Below are positions 38,601 through 51,600 of a stretch of 64,000 nucleotides of DNA, in pieces. A program made the translations under genes and the position numbers. Position 1 is the first letter of the stretch. Each line of letters opens with the position of its first letter. This DNA is from Bugula neritina (lineage: Eukaryota > Animalia > Bryozoa). The stretch covers positions 558,001-622,000 of the forward strand of contig OZ037772.1 in assembly GCA_964035545.1 (NCBI GenBank), given 5' to 3'. Below the pieces are notes generated by a model, which was not told where the DNA came from, made no database searches, and saw only the letters and a program-made list of their open reading frames with translations.

Positions 38601-40727
38601 GGATATACAAGGGTTGATGTAATGTTTGACGTGTATTCTGAAACATCAATTAAAGCACAAGAGCGTATTAGACGGGGTGCCCAATAGATGTGTTCTATTT
38701 CCATTATTCATAACAACCTGCCTGTTCCTAAAAACTGGAGTGCTTTTCTGAGCAATATTCACAACAAAAATGAGTTGGTAGATTACATAGTAAAGGTGCA
38801 TGGAGTAGACATATTGAGAAAATTCCAGCTGGTACATTTTTAGTGTGTAGCGTCAAAGAAGTATGTGTTCTGCAAAACCATTATCGTTACAATTGTAACA
38901 AATTGACATCCAATCATGATGAAGCAGACACAAGATTAATCCTTCACGCAGCTGATGCACTGAGTGATAACAATTTGGTAGTAATAAGATCAGTAGATAC
39001 CGATGTTGCTATTATTGCGCTTAACATCATCTTAGTAATGTTTTAACTGAGCAGGCTAATAAAGATGTAGTAATCTTCGTTGGAATGGGGAGTCACAGAA
39101 GATATATATCTCTTTTTGAATTAGCCAAAAAAATCTACAAAAATTTCTCAAGAATCTGTTATCACACCATGCACTTACAGGTTGTGACTCAATAAGTTTT
39201 ATCTTCCGAATATCTAAAAAGCGTGCTTTGGAGGTATTTGAAAAGGAAAGCTATAATCTGTCTTTAGGTTCTAATGATTGGTCCCCAGTATCAGAAGAAA
39301 CATACTTAGAGTGTGAATGATTTGTCTCCAACCTATATGGTGCCGATGATGATATCACTGAAGCAATATTGGCTTTAAAAATGTCTCCAGTGAAGCACAG
39401 CTACCACCTAGTAGGAATTCTCTAGAATATCACGTGAAACGAGCCAATTATCAAGTTACACTTTGGCAACTTGCTTTTACACCTATTTTACTTCATCGGC
39501 CAATTTTTGACCATGGTTGGGATACTAACTTGGCTCCAATAAAATATGATTTTGAAAGCAACACAGATGTGATTTCAACAGCATGTAAATGCAAAAAAAG
39601 CAGGCTGTAAGAGTAAAGCATGCAAATGCAAGACTGATGATGAAATGCTGTGGTTTATGTGAATGTTTCGATTGCAACAACAAAAGTGGCCAGTCTTCTT
39701 TTTCAAACAGAGAGCCTGATTATGATGATGATGGCAACAAACACAGTTCTGATGAAGAATTATAATATATTAAATTTGGTATATAAACGCTAGAGATAAC
39801 AAAACTTTGTAATAAAGCTTGATCTATTGTAAATTAAAATTTTAAATACTATCTTATTTATAAATAAATACAATTACAAATGTCTACCAATATCTGATAT
39901 AAAAGAGCATAGTAATTGCTTGTGATGCTGAAATCATAATATTACTTTTTTATGAACCATATTTTATGTTACTATACTTATGGATAAAAAAATCGAATAT
40001 TAGTGGTCTGTTAATTATTGCTGACACTCAATTTATACAGTAAATATTGAATATAAATACTTAATAGTATTGATCGTGATCAATTATTCAAAATAAGTCA
40101 ATAAGCTAATATAAATACACTAAGAATACATTTTTATCATGCTGATGTTGTTCCTATCAACAAACAGCAATATAATTGGGTAGAAATGCAATAATTTATA
40201 ACGGAGGAGATAACTCCCGTTTTATGTTTTTTATTTGTCATGGTTGGGAAAGATGTTATATAGTTCATAATGTAATGAAAATTGGAGAGCATTATTAGAA
40301 CACAATAGAGTATTTTCATACTAAAAATCAACATTCTAAATGCTAGAACAGAAAAGTAGCAGTTTAGAGAATATCCGGTATATGCAAAAAAGTAGTTTGT
40401 CATATTATAGGCTCCGCCCACTTTTTTATTTTTGGTCAAAACTTTTGTTAGAAAAATTTTCATATGTGTACAACATTCCTTGAAAATATTTTTAATGTCA
40501 AACTTAAACTACTCAGAAAATTAAATATTTAGAGTTCCATAGTCCCCCCTTGAAAAATGCTGAACCCCTGTATATCCACCCCTCTCACGAGAGAACCCCC
40601 CTAGATACAAAAAAGGTACTTGTAGATCTGAGATCAGTAGAATGTTGGCTTTGCAGTGATATATAGCAACAAAGGTTAGTATTGATGTGCTCCACCCGCC
40701 CATTTTTGCATGTTGGCACCCCCACTA
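35615..40727 (+). mobile_element. Academ (XPG-nuclease type) DNA transposon, defective, ~1.18-kb inverted arms, 3-bp TSD TTC
   Basis: TTC|TAGTGGGGGTGCCAAC..GTTGGCACCCCCACTA|TTC; 35615-36798 mirrors 39539-40727; transposase remnants inside. Confidence 0.85.
36799..39700 (+). pseudogene. Academ transposase (DDE-like core, XPG/PIN-like nuclease, Cys-rich tail), 5'-truncated with many frameshifts
   Basis: WSSFN, VITFDQAIYKIA, RMGGFHI, GKHYNRGVRA, FIRAERSGNW, YDRTNYSRW, DQVLEQTLNR, VDVMFDVY..SIKAQERIRRG, NHDEADTRLILHA, VIRSVDTDV, HALTGCD, LPPS..HVKRANYQ, CKC..C..C.C..C.C..C. Confidence 0.85.
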
Positions 40728-40977
40728 TTCATTTCTAGATGTGTCATATATGTTCTACAATTACAGTTTTATACATATGTCACAAATTACATTCAATTAC
40801 TTGAAAAAAATTAATTGATCACAACTAATTACAAATTACAATTTCTCAAACCCTGGTGGTAATGGGTAATAACTGGCAGACTCAAATATCCTGTGTGGAA
40901 AAGTTTTTAGGGTTAGGTAATTAAAAATATTTTCTATTTGTTTTTTCATATTTCTAATTTTTGTCCCCAAAAATTGA

Positions 40978-42162
40978 GGGCTGAGAGTATGAAAGCTGTT
41001 GAAGGTGAATGGAATATTCTTAGCCTTCTGAACTGAGTTATCCTGCATGTACTGCACAATTTGTTAGATCATTTCCCAGAGTACACAGGTATGTAAATGT
41101 TGTATACAAGGGCTTTATAGATGTCTTGAGTATTGGTTTGTCTATTAGTTATTTTCGAGTTTACGAAAGACGATTCTTATAGTAAGTTAACTGCTTGGTG
41201 ACTTTCTCTCTAAGAATCAATAAGAATATTTTGGTCATAAATCACTCATTTTATATCTCAGTTTTTTGTGTGTTAGAAATAAAGATTAAATCGGCTCTCT
41301 ATAGTTAACATAGTAGTTTATTTAGTGGTAAATGAGCATCATACTCTACTTATGCACCAGAGTTGGTCACAAGTCTTGAGAAGGTGAAGTGCAAACTTCA
41401 TATATACTACTAGCTGTAGTGAGACAAAACTACTGCTACTGTTGCAGGCACACTCAGCTCTCATGTGCCTCACAGGCATCTCAAACATAAGACAGCGTAT
41501 GATGCTGTCGGAGACAACTCTCGAGTCTCTCCATCTATTCCTCACTACCTCTCACACGCTGCTCAGCACAAGGTCACACAGGTGTGAGCCATCACTTCCA
41601 GTGCCAACTTAACATATCCTTTTCATTCGTCAGCCAATCAGATCATCTCAAGTGATGCACCAATAATATATCACATTGTTGACTTGAGAAAGCAGGTGCT
41701 ACAGCAGGAGCCCTGCACCATCACTGGGCAATCTGACATGAGCTCACGGGTTTTCTCTTGCACTGCTATGTGTAAAGTAACAGTCTTCTTTTATACAATA
41801 TTAAGCTGTTAGTTCAGCATATAACTTGTCTCTATGGTTTTATATATAGTTTATAAGACCGTGCCTCTCATGTATGTTTCCAACATGGAGATAATTTGGC
41901 ATGTAATAATATGCTCCTGACTTTTCTGGCATCACCAGGAATGCTGACAGGCTTTGATATATTATATTATTAATCCATTTATTGCAAGACATAATAACCT
42001 GTACACCTTTTGTTTTGAGTATATTATTACAAGAACAATTTGTGTTTTTGAATGCATTTCATTTGACTTATTTATAAATTCAACAATAAATACCAAGGTG
42101 CCATGTTAATGATGTTGAGTTTCCTTGTAAGTCTTCTTGTCTGTGAAGGAAAAGAATGATAA

Positions 42163-42210
<48 letters not shown>

Positions 42211-42241
42211 AAATGAGTGTTTATAAAACGTTACTAGAGTG

Positions 42242-42300
<59 letters not shown>

Positions 42301-43000
42301 TATATATATATAGTTATAAACATGCACGTACATAAAGAAAATAACATTCATGCGACTAGTAGTAAATACTGTTTAGTATAAGCTTCTACTAATTTTGCTA
42401 TGGTATGTAGCTGCATTATAATAAATAGCGAGTGAGTATACACTACTAAATGAATTGGTGGAGATCACAAAGCACTTTATAGTCGTTTATGCAAAAAAAA
42501 TTTCAGTTTAATATATGAAAGTTATAAAAATTATTTTAGAGAGAACATACACTAACTGAAAGCCAATTTTTTTTCAATAAAGTAAATCATAGACCTGCAT
42601 ACTTTGTGCAGGAAAGAAGAGAGAGCCACAAAGGAAGAGCCACGCCTACCATGTCCAATGAAAACAGACCTGTCATATTAAGTATATAGCTATACAGACT
42701 TGCTATACCAGATAAAAACAAACCTGCCATATTGCTCAAAACTGAACCTGCAGTACTGAGCAAAGAGCAACCAATCAAATATTCCAAGCAAAGAGGAAAC
42801 GATTCAGCATTGTGGAAAAACCTCTCCAGGCAGGATCAGCAAACTCCGACAGCTGAGCAAAGTTTTAGTTACAGAAAAGGAAGAATTGCCAAGTATTGTG
42901 ATGATTCAGTGAGGAAAACCGCAGGCTTACCTTGTTCTGGTAACCACCACACAACTGTGAAGAGAAAGGGCTGGAAAGCTACACAACTTTGAGAGATTTC
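40978..43000 (+). pseudogene. Exon-like fragments of an unidentified decayed gene
   Basis: Splice-bounded blocks at ~40978-41088, 41448-41581, 41696-41770 and from ~42593 (RPAYFVQERR..PAILLKTEPAVL), with stops. Confidence 0.3.
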
Positions 43001-43703
43001 TCATACAGACAGCTGTTCTATAAGAAGTGTTACATAAGAGTTGTGACTATTGACTATTATAGACAGGGTTGTAAGAATGTGGACACAGTTTTAGGATTTC
43101 CTATTTTAGGAATCCAATACTTTAGTCATGTTATGATAGCATTAACTTAGCAGAAGCTTTGGTGGAATTTGATATAATGCTTAATTACTACTCAAAGCAG
43201 AATAGTTTAGTATTTTTTTAAAAAAGGACATAATATTATATTTGTATTTTCTTATAAATAAATGTTTATTATACACACCAATCATGAAAGTCAATTCATT
43301 ATATGGTATACAAAATTACATCTGTAAATAAACATGTGCATGCTGCAGCTGAAGAATTACAAATAAAATGATAAGGAAACAAAACGTATTCAACTGGATG
43401 AGTCATCAGATGACATTGCTGTATAAAATGACGAATTAGGAAAAAGAAAGCCTGTGGAAACAAAGCAACACTGAACTACAACATGGCTAACAAATACTAG
43501 GTCAACAGAAATTATATCAAAACCAATGAATAAAATAACAAGAGGTGTAAAATGTCAATATAAGTACACATAGAAAAAATAGGTGATATACAGAATAAAA
43601 ACTAACAGTTTAATATTGATAAAGCTTTTCATTTTCACACAAACATAAAATCTTTACAAGGCATTATTGTATATATAACTATTTGTATTAGAAGAGAGAA
43701 ACA

Positions 43704-44027
43704 ATATAATTTAGTATGCTCACATGGAACTATAGAAGGAAATGTCAGCTAGAAGAGGAAGGAAATGGAGGTCAAGGCCAGCAACGCAATGTCAAGGTCA
43801 ACTGGAAAAAAGTAGTTTAGGTCACGACTTGTCATTCTCAAACATGGCGGCTAGTTTGAGCACACTTTTGGACTAGAAGAGGAAGGAGGCGAGGAGACCA
43901 CAGAACTCTCTGGGGAGGGAGGTAAAACACGCTTCAGCTACAAAGCAAGAGTTGAAAAGAGAAATAATTGAAAAAAGTTGAAAATTTACTCAATTTGATC
44001 AAAAATGAACAGATATTAATAAAAAAA
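43704..44027 (+). repeat. Second copy of the ~320-bp dispersed repeat (see 25905)
   Basis: Direct visual alignment. Confidence 0.9.
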
Positions 44028-46657
44028 ATTCTACAGATTCTAAAGCTGCCATTCCAGGACAACTATAGCATATTATAATTATATTATCACTTCATTATAT
44101 AAAAATCATATTACATAATATATTATATTGTTTATATGCCATATTATCCTCATATTATAATATTATAATCATACTATATTATAAATATGGTATATTATTA
44201 TATTATACTATATCAATGTACATGACTTGCACCAAATAGATGCCACACGTTACCTTTTCTGTGTTGGCAACTTGGGGCAGAACTCTTTTGGGTGGAAGGT
44301 CTGTAATAGATGGGGAAGAGATGATTTACCGCCCCTAGCAGAGGCGTGATGTCAGGAGAAGAATCCGAGGCTAAGTTACGACAACTTCTCATGGTGTTGG
44401 CGGCTTTGAGAGAGATAGCTCTGTCGTACTCCTTGCCTGAAGACAGGAAACGGGTCATTGTACTTCCATAAAGGAAACGTACATGAACTGTATCAGAAGC
44501 TCAAACTAACGTCTGTTAATAGTAATGGAAGATATAACAATCTTAATGAGAATTGAAGGCTCTATTAATAGTAATCATTAGATATCTGAATTTGAATTGT
44601 GGGAGGCTAACGCACTCACCCTGAGTAAACATCAGTTTGAACAGAGCACTGAGGTTATCTCCAATACTGTTGAGACTAGCTATAGCCTGGGAACACATTT
44701 CATATTGCAGCCACGGGTCTACCTTGGTGAATTTCATACCTCCCAACTGTAAAAAGACGACAGAGCGAATAAAAATGAATAACTGAACAGAGGATACATT
44801 CAATAACAGGTGATTGTCAGGTGGGTGATATTCACTACTGCTTCCCTCTGATCACGTTATGTAACAGTCAAATATGACATCACATGTCGACTCGCTCTGC
44901 ACTGGCTGTGACAAGCAGTGCTCCATACTCAGACCACCCACAGTCCAAGCACCTGGAGCACTGCCCACACATGGCAACAAGTGACAAGACAAAGTGCTGG
45001 GGATAACTAGCAATACAAAGAGAATAAACAGTCAGAGTATGAAGCTGGTACTCACCAGTTTGAAGGTGTTCCCAATACCATCTCTATAACTGGTTAGAAA
45101 GGATTGCATTGGTTGAGGACTCTGTTAACAGCACCATAAATATCCTCTTCAGCGTGGCAGTTGCCGGCACCTGCACAACATGAAATAATTACCACCTGCT
45201 ATCCGTTGACATATGTGAGACCAGTTGCTAGTGACATCAAATGACAGGTACTTGGTTAGCAAATTTATACAAAGATGAGAGTTCTACTGTCACTTGATCA
45301 AAGCTTCCGACACTCTTCGCCTAGTGTGACTCATAAATTATATATGACTTAGGCTAGCAGGTGAGCATGAGCTCATTTTATAAGCTATGTAGCTCAAAAC
45401 TATGCAAGCATCCTACCATAAAGAGACACCACTACACCGCACCATTAGTATGAGAGTCTTCATAAGAACTAAAGCTACACTCAAGCCCCACAAACATAAT
45501 AGAATATATCACATACACTTACTATTGCACATATAGTCTATGGGTGAGAGGGTTGCAGTTAGCTTCTCTGTAGATGTATGGATATATTGAGCAAGGGCAC
45601 CTTGGGCACATGCCATGGGCACATCTGTTGACAGCTGTCAAGTACATGGCAGTACATATTAATGCACTGCCTTATCTATGTTACCCAGTAGTGCCTGCAA
45701 ACAAATATGGAAATATTACTTAGGAAATGAGCAGAATTCTTTTTATTTTAGAGATTTTACATATTCTTACATTAACAAAGGCATAAATTTTGAACATCTA
45801 CATAAAATATTAGAGATATCTTAAATTTTTCTGCAAAATCTATAAGTTGAACACTAAAATACAAGTTTCTCCCCAACATAAAATGTCAACCATTGGAGAA
45901 TCTTCTGGCTCTATAAGTTTGTATCATGAGGATATATTTAATACGATGTTACGTGATTATATGGAGTTGTCATCACAATACAGAATAGTGATAGTTTTGA
46001 GTAACAAGTCTTATATTATTATATGAACTTATGGAGAAATAGCATCTTGGGAACATAGGCTTTACATTACTACATTACAATACATACACACGTATAACAG
46101 AAGTTGATTAAAATATTTGTATATTCCTATCCTAAAGATTTCAATATTTTTCAAGTCAGTTGGGTTTTACCTTTTATATGTACACTGTTCAGTGGAATGC
46201 TTCTTTTAAACAAACAAAGTGTTATTCAAACTCATTAATTTTAGTTGCCAAGGGAGATAAAGTTGCAGATAGTTTCTTTTCCTTTCAGATAAAACGTGTT
46301 ACATATGCACATGAATATGTTCAACTGATGATAGCAATTAAAATACAAATACCTTGCAACATAAAATAACACAACACCTGCAAAATACTGCTTACAATCG
46401 AATTTGCAGCTCTAACTGTAATATTGAGTCTACCCTGTGGTGTAATGGTAGCACGCTAGCGGGTGGAAAAGTATTTAATTAAGTTCTGGGTTTGAAAAGA
46501 AATTAGGACTCACCTGCTGACACTGCCTTGTGGCTCTCCAGAATGCTGCCAGCAGAGATTCTACACAACTCACACTGTTGAAGTTAAACACCTTCCTGCT
46601 CCCTGCATTGGTTGCTATAAACAGTACAGAGCTACACGTATGAGATAAGAGTGGACT

Positions 46658-46660
<3 letters not shown>

Positions 46661-46697
<37 letters not shown>

Positions 46698-46893
46698 GGG
46701 AAGGAGAGGGGGAGGGGGAGAGGGAGAGAGAGAGGGGGAGAGGGGGAGAGGGGAAGGGGGGAGGGGGAGAGGGGAAGAGAGGGAGAGGGAGAGGGGGAGA
46801 GGGGAAGGGGAGAGAGGGAGAGGAGGGAGGGAGAGGGAGAGAGAGAGAGGGAGGGAGAGAGAGGGAGAGGGAGAGAGAGGGAAAGAGAGAGAG
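46661..46893. repeat. Pure polypurine (GA/GGGA) tract
   Basis: ~230 nt containing only G and A, with many GGG runs. Confidence 0.95.
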
Positions 46894-47160
46894 GACAGAT
46901 CAACAGTTACTAGCACCTCAAATTCCCCACAATTCTCACCTGTTCTGTGATCTTCACCTTAATCTCTTCCAACTTGTTATGACTTGGTAACCTGCTGTCT
47001 CCACTGTTGGAATCTGGTCTTATACCCTCACTCTCATTGGACGAGCCGTTAGCCAATAATGTGTGAGCAAATGGTGTGTTGGTGTTTAATGCTGAGTTAT
47101 TACTAGTGTTTACTGCTGACTGAGAGAGATTCGGCCTCAACTACAAAACATAACAGGATA

Positions 47161-48205
47161 ATCTACAGTACAAGGAGAGGATCTACAATACAAGGAGGGG
47201 ATCTACAGTACAAGGAGAAGATCTACAGTACAAGGAGAGGATCTACAGTACAAGGAGAGGATCTACAGTACAAGGAGAAGATCTACAGTACAAGGAGAGG
47301 TTCTACAGTACAAGGAGGGGATCTACAGTACAAGGAGAAGATCTACAGTACAAAGAGAAGATCTACAGTACAAGGAGAGAATCTACAGTACAAGGAGAAG
47401 ATCTACAGTACAAAGAGAAGATCTACAGTACAAGGAGAGAATCTACAGTACAAGGAGAGGATCTACAGTACAAGGAGAGGATCTGCAGTACAAGGAGAAG
47501 ATCTACAGTACAAGGAGGGGATCTACAGTACAAGGAGGGGATCTACAGTACAAGGAGAGGATCTACAGTACAAAGAGAAGATCTACAGTACAAGGAGAGG
47601 ATCTACAGTACAAGGAGAAGATCTACAGTACAAGGAGAGGATCTACAGTACAAGGAGAGAATCTACAGTACAAGGAGAGAATCTACAGTACAAGGAGAAG
47701 ATCTACAGTACAAGGAGAGGATCTACAGTACAAGGAGAAGATCTACAGTACAAGGAGAAGATCTACAGTACAAAGAGAAGATCTACAGTACAAGGAGAGA
47801 ATCTACAGTACAAGGAGAAGATCTACAGTACAAAGAGAAGATCTACAGTACAAGGAGAGAATCTACAGTACAAGGAGAGGATCTACAGTACAAGGAGAGG
47901 ATCTGCAGTACAAGGAGAAGATCTACAGTACAAGGAGGGGATCTACAGTACAAGGAGGGGATCTACAGTACAAGGAGAGGATCTACAGTACAAAGAGAAG
48001 ATCTACAGTACAAGGAGAGAATCTACAGTACAAGGAGAGGATCTACAGTACAAGGAGAGAATCTACAGTACAAGGAGAAGATCTACAGTACAAGGAGAGG
48101 ATCTACAGTACAAGGAGAAGATCTACAGTACAAGGAGAAGATCTACAGTACAAGGAGAGGATCTACAGTACAAGGAGAGGATCTACAGTACAAGGAGAGG
48201 ATCTA
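47161..48205. repeat. 20-bp minisatellite (ATCTACAGTACAAGGAGARG), ~52 copies
   Basis: In exact register with the 60-nt lines; fills most of an intron. Confidence 0.98.
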
Positions 48206-48390
48206 ATGTATCTCTTAGCTACAGTCTCACAAGAGAATGGATACTCTACCAGACGTGTGTATGATATGTGAGTGGTAGATGAACTCACCTGGTCAGCCAT
48301 TGAAAGTCGAATGAGTTCACTGGATATCACTCCGTCTGTGTCACACAGGAAGTGCTTCCTCTGAGAGTTCTGGACCTTCGTCTTCGCTCC

Positions 48391-48680
48391 TATGGCAACA
48401 GCAGTGAGACTATTAGTTACTATGGCAACAGCAGTGAGACTATTAGTTACTATAGCAACAGCAGTGAAACTATTAGTTACTATAGCAACAGCAGTGAAAC
48501 TAGTAGTTACTATGGCAACAGTAGTGGAACTAGTAGTTACTATAGCAACAGCAGGGAGACTATTAGTTACTATGGCAAAAGCAGTGAGACTATTAGTTAC
48601 TATAGCAACAGTAGTGAAACTATTAGTTACTATAGCAACAGCAGGGAGACTATTAGTTACTATAGCAACAGCAGTGTAAC
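48391..48680. repeat. 30-bp minisatellite (TATRGCAACAGCAGTGARACTATTAGTTAC), ~9.5 copies
   Basis: Begins exactly at the minus-strand acceptor at 48390. Confidence 0.95.
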
Positions 48681-51600
48681 TAGTAGCTTAACTAACTCGT
48701 GCAAAGAGCAAATATAAACATACACAGCTATATACAGAGTATATATAAATATACACAGCTATAGTGTACACAGAGTATATATAAATATACACAGCTATAG
48801 TGTACACAGAGTATATATAAATATACACAGCAACAGTAAGGGTTGACACCATAATTTAGAATGAAGGAAGATTCTGTTTTCACCTGAAGAAGGTAGAAGC
48901 TGTTGGGTGGTCCTGTGTTCAATAGATGAAAGATTATCTCGGTATATGGTGTACGCATCATCAGATATGGGAGTGAGTCCTTGGTGGTCACATTTGAAGA
49001 GAGAAAGGTTCTGATACTCTGCGGGATATGTACAGTACATCAATTCAGACATGTACAGATTTGATGGATATAATGGTTTGTCTATTGTGAGCTAGCCAAC
49101 TATACTATGTATTGTACAGAAAGAAACAATTTCTCTCTCGTATACAATGGCACATATTCAGATATATCTTTATTGTATACTGTGGTGTTAATAACTGATC
49201 AATAGTAATACAGTCTCTGCCCCCACTACTATAAACCACATGTAAAACTAGTAACATTTCTGTCAATATATATTAATAACATTCTGAGAACAGCATGTAT
49301 ATAAATGATAACTTTTTACCAGTAAATATTTCTACGATAAGAACAGCTCACAGGAAATCCACGTTGTCGACTACTGACTCATGATTATCACTAGTTTACT
49401 ACTAGTAACCATGGTAACAACTAACATCCTATTACTATCAAATGTTACTTGCTATCACCTGAATAAGTATCAGAATAAAGGTATAATGTATGAATAATGT
49501 TGGCAGACAGCAGCCTACCAGTATGTCACTCTTAGTAACTGAGTCAATATATACTGAGAAGTTACAGGGAGATGATACAATCCTTATATCTAATCTCTTG
49601 TACTAGACGAGGAATAAGAAAACTTGTGTTCTAGTGTGAACCAAAATCTCTACTTAGCTACAAACATAGCTGATACTCTCCCCTGTTTATATAATAAAAT
49701 TGTAATTTAAAGAATACAAACACACTTTTCCTTAGTGGATGTCAGAACTGGACTACTCAAAGCTCTCACCAGTTTCAACTTCTCAGGAGCATTGAGGAAC
49801 ACGATCTACAACATACACCCACACATATCTAGAACTACCCTCTATATTCACTAAACAGAGTTCCTCAGTCTATTCAGCATGATAGGAAAAACCCAGCAGG
49901 AAACAAACTCAAGGCTAAAACAGTTATCTGACTGTGAATCACACATTTTATGTTTCCACATTGAAGAACACATTGAACCAGCACACACTAGGCTAACTAC
50001 AATCAGCTAGTCTCATGGTTCTCTCTCATACTACAGAGAGCTAAGTCTATCTAACTGGTGGCCAGCTATAAAGTTCTGAGTATTTATATAGTGTGCCCAT
50101 GAATTGTTAACAGGGTGGACTTAACTTCTTTAACCCCTTCGTCTCCAACTCTCTGTATAATACTTATATTATGGGGCGCAGTTGCTATGTATTTTGTAAA
50201 TTGAAAAAAAGTATTTAAATATACTCCAGTTGCAGTTTTATAATAGATTAGGAGACAACTAGCTAATGTTTAAATGAAAACATTTAATGGCCTACACCAA
50301 GCTTGAAAATAATTAGATATAAGCCCACCCCTTGTGCTAGTCACATATTCATGTTCATAGCTTAAGTGAGCTGAAGCGCACATTACAGTGGCTGATCATC
50401 ACCACACACATTCTCACACTGTTCTCATAAACTGCAAAGTCGTAAATATGTTCTCCTTCACATTGGTACTTGAACTCGTACTGAAAGTGTTGCTCATAAC
50501 TGTTCATATTGACACTGACATTATGAAGTTAGTAGTGATATTTCATTTTCAATAGTAGGGCTTTTAGATGGTATTGATTCATACACAATGAGAAATACTT
50601 GCAAATGTTGATAAATTATTTTATGATTGAATTGGTGAGTTATAATGTGTATCATTCAAATGTGAACACTGAACATGATCTGGTCACCTTGATTACTTCA
50701 TATTGATTCATCGCAATTGTCAGTATAATTGTGCCATAGAGAATTCTATTAAGTTTAAAAATTGACATACAGTTTCACATTGCTCATTCAGTGATCCATG
50801 CTTAGTGTCACATTGGCCTTCAGGCTTAAAGCAACGAAATCTAACAGTAACACTATCTATAAGTATATTTATATTATTATCAAGTATTAGCATTATGACA
50901 TAAAATTTAACTTAAAGCCTGTCAGTTATAGTGTCTATGAAATTAAATTCCAAAAATAAAAAAAAAACAAAAATAACAACTTTTATTCACGCTTCAACTT
51001 TCAAAACGAAGACTAAGTTCAGCCCAACGAGGTAAGAAATGATCATTTAATCAGTTAATCACAATGCCTAGTATGTTATCACATTCACCCAAGCTTTCAC
51101 TGTAAACCACAATGATTATGAGTATGATTTAATGAGTATGGCAATATGGCAATCCCAACGACAATCACAATAACAGTCTTAGTTCTTACTATTACTATTA
51201 GTATTACTAATACTATTACTATTAGTATTACTTACAACTTGCTTATGCAAGAGAATTAAATCTTTAAAGCGTAGCATCCTTTTCAAGCAAAATAAGGATA
51301 ATAAGTTTCGTCAAATTGAGTTAAAAACTACAACTTTACAACTTATAAGTCACAAGTATAAAGCAACTTATGCTCAGTCATCACTAATCCTAGTGGGTAC
51401 GGCAAGCATATAGCATAATTTATTTCACAATGCGACAAGATTATCTAGACGGTGCGCTTACGCCTCTCATTGTACTTGAGCATTATCCAATTGTATGGTT
51501 TTTATGACTTTGAAATCCGTTTTTGAGAAGCAAGGCTAGATAAAAATTAATGATCGATATTGACTCGCTAAGAGTACTCATGTAAACCCGCAAACTACAA

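Larger units (their letters stand above)
44329..50510 (-). pseudogene. Multi-exon gene with in-frame stops; tentative MCMDC2/MCM-like similarity
   Basis: About 11 splice-bounded exons, e.g. 49806-49771 (IVFLNAPEKLKL), ~48990-48884 (..GPPNSFYLLQ), 48389-48289 (GAKTKVQNSQRKHFLC), 47140-46940, ~46603-46514, ~45695-45537 (TAA at 45659, TGA at 45638), 45170-45057, 44746-44620 and ~44470-44329. The gene structure is good; the family identity is weak. Confidence 0.55.

Noticed and set aside
46430-46462. tRNA-like GTGGTGTAATGGTAGCACG
   Set aside because: Only an A-box/D-arm-like piece; no T-arm, B-box or cloverleaf.
46475-46950. RE-rich and LSP-rich ORFs
   Set aside because: Artefacts of the GA tract.
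47161-48205. Regular repeat array as a CRISPR
   Set aside because: Head-to-tail units with no unique spacers, no cas genes, and a eukaryotic intron context. The same applies to 1-660.
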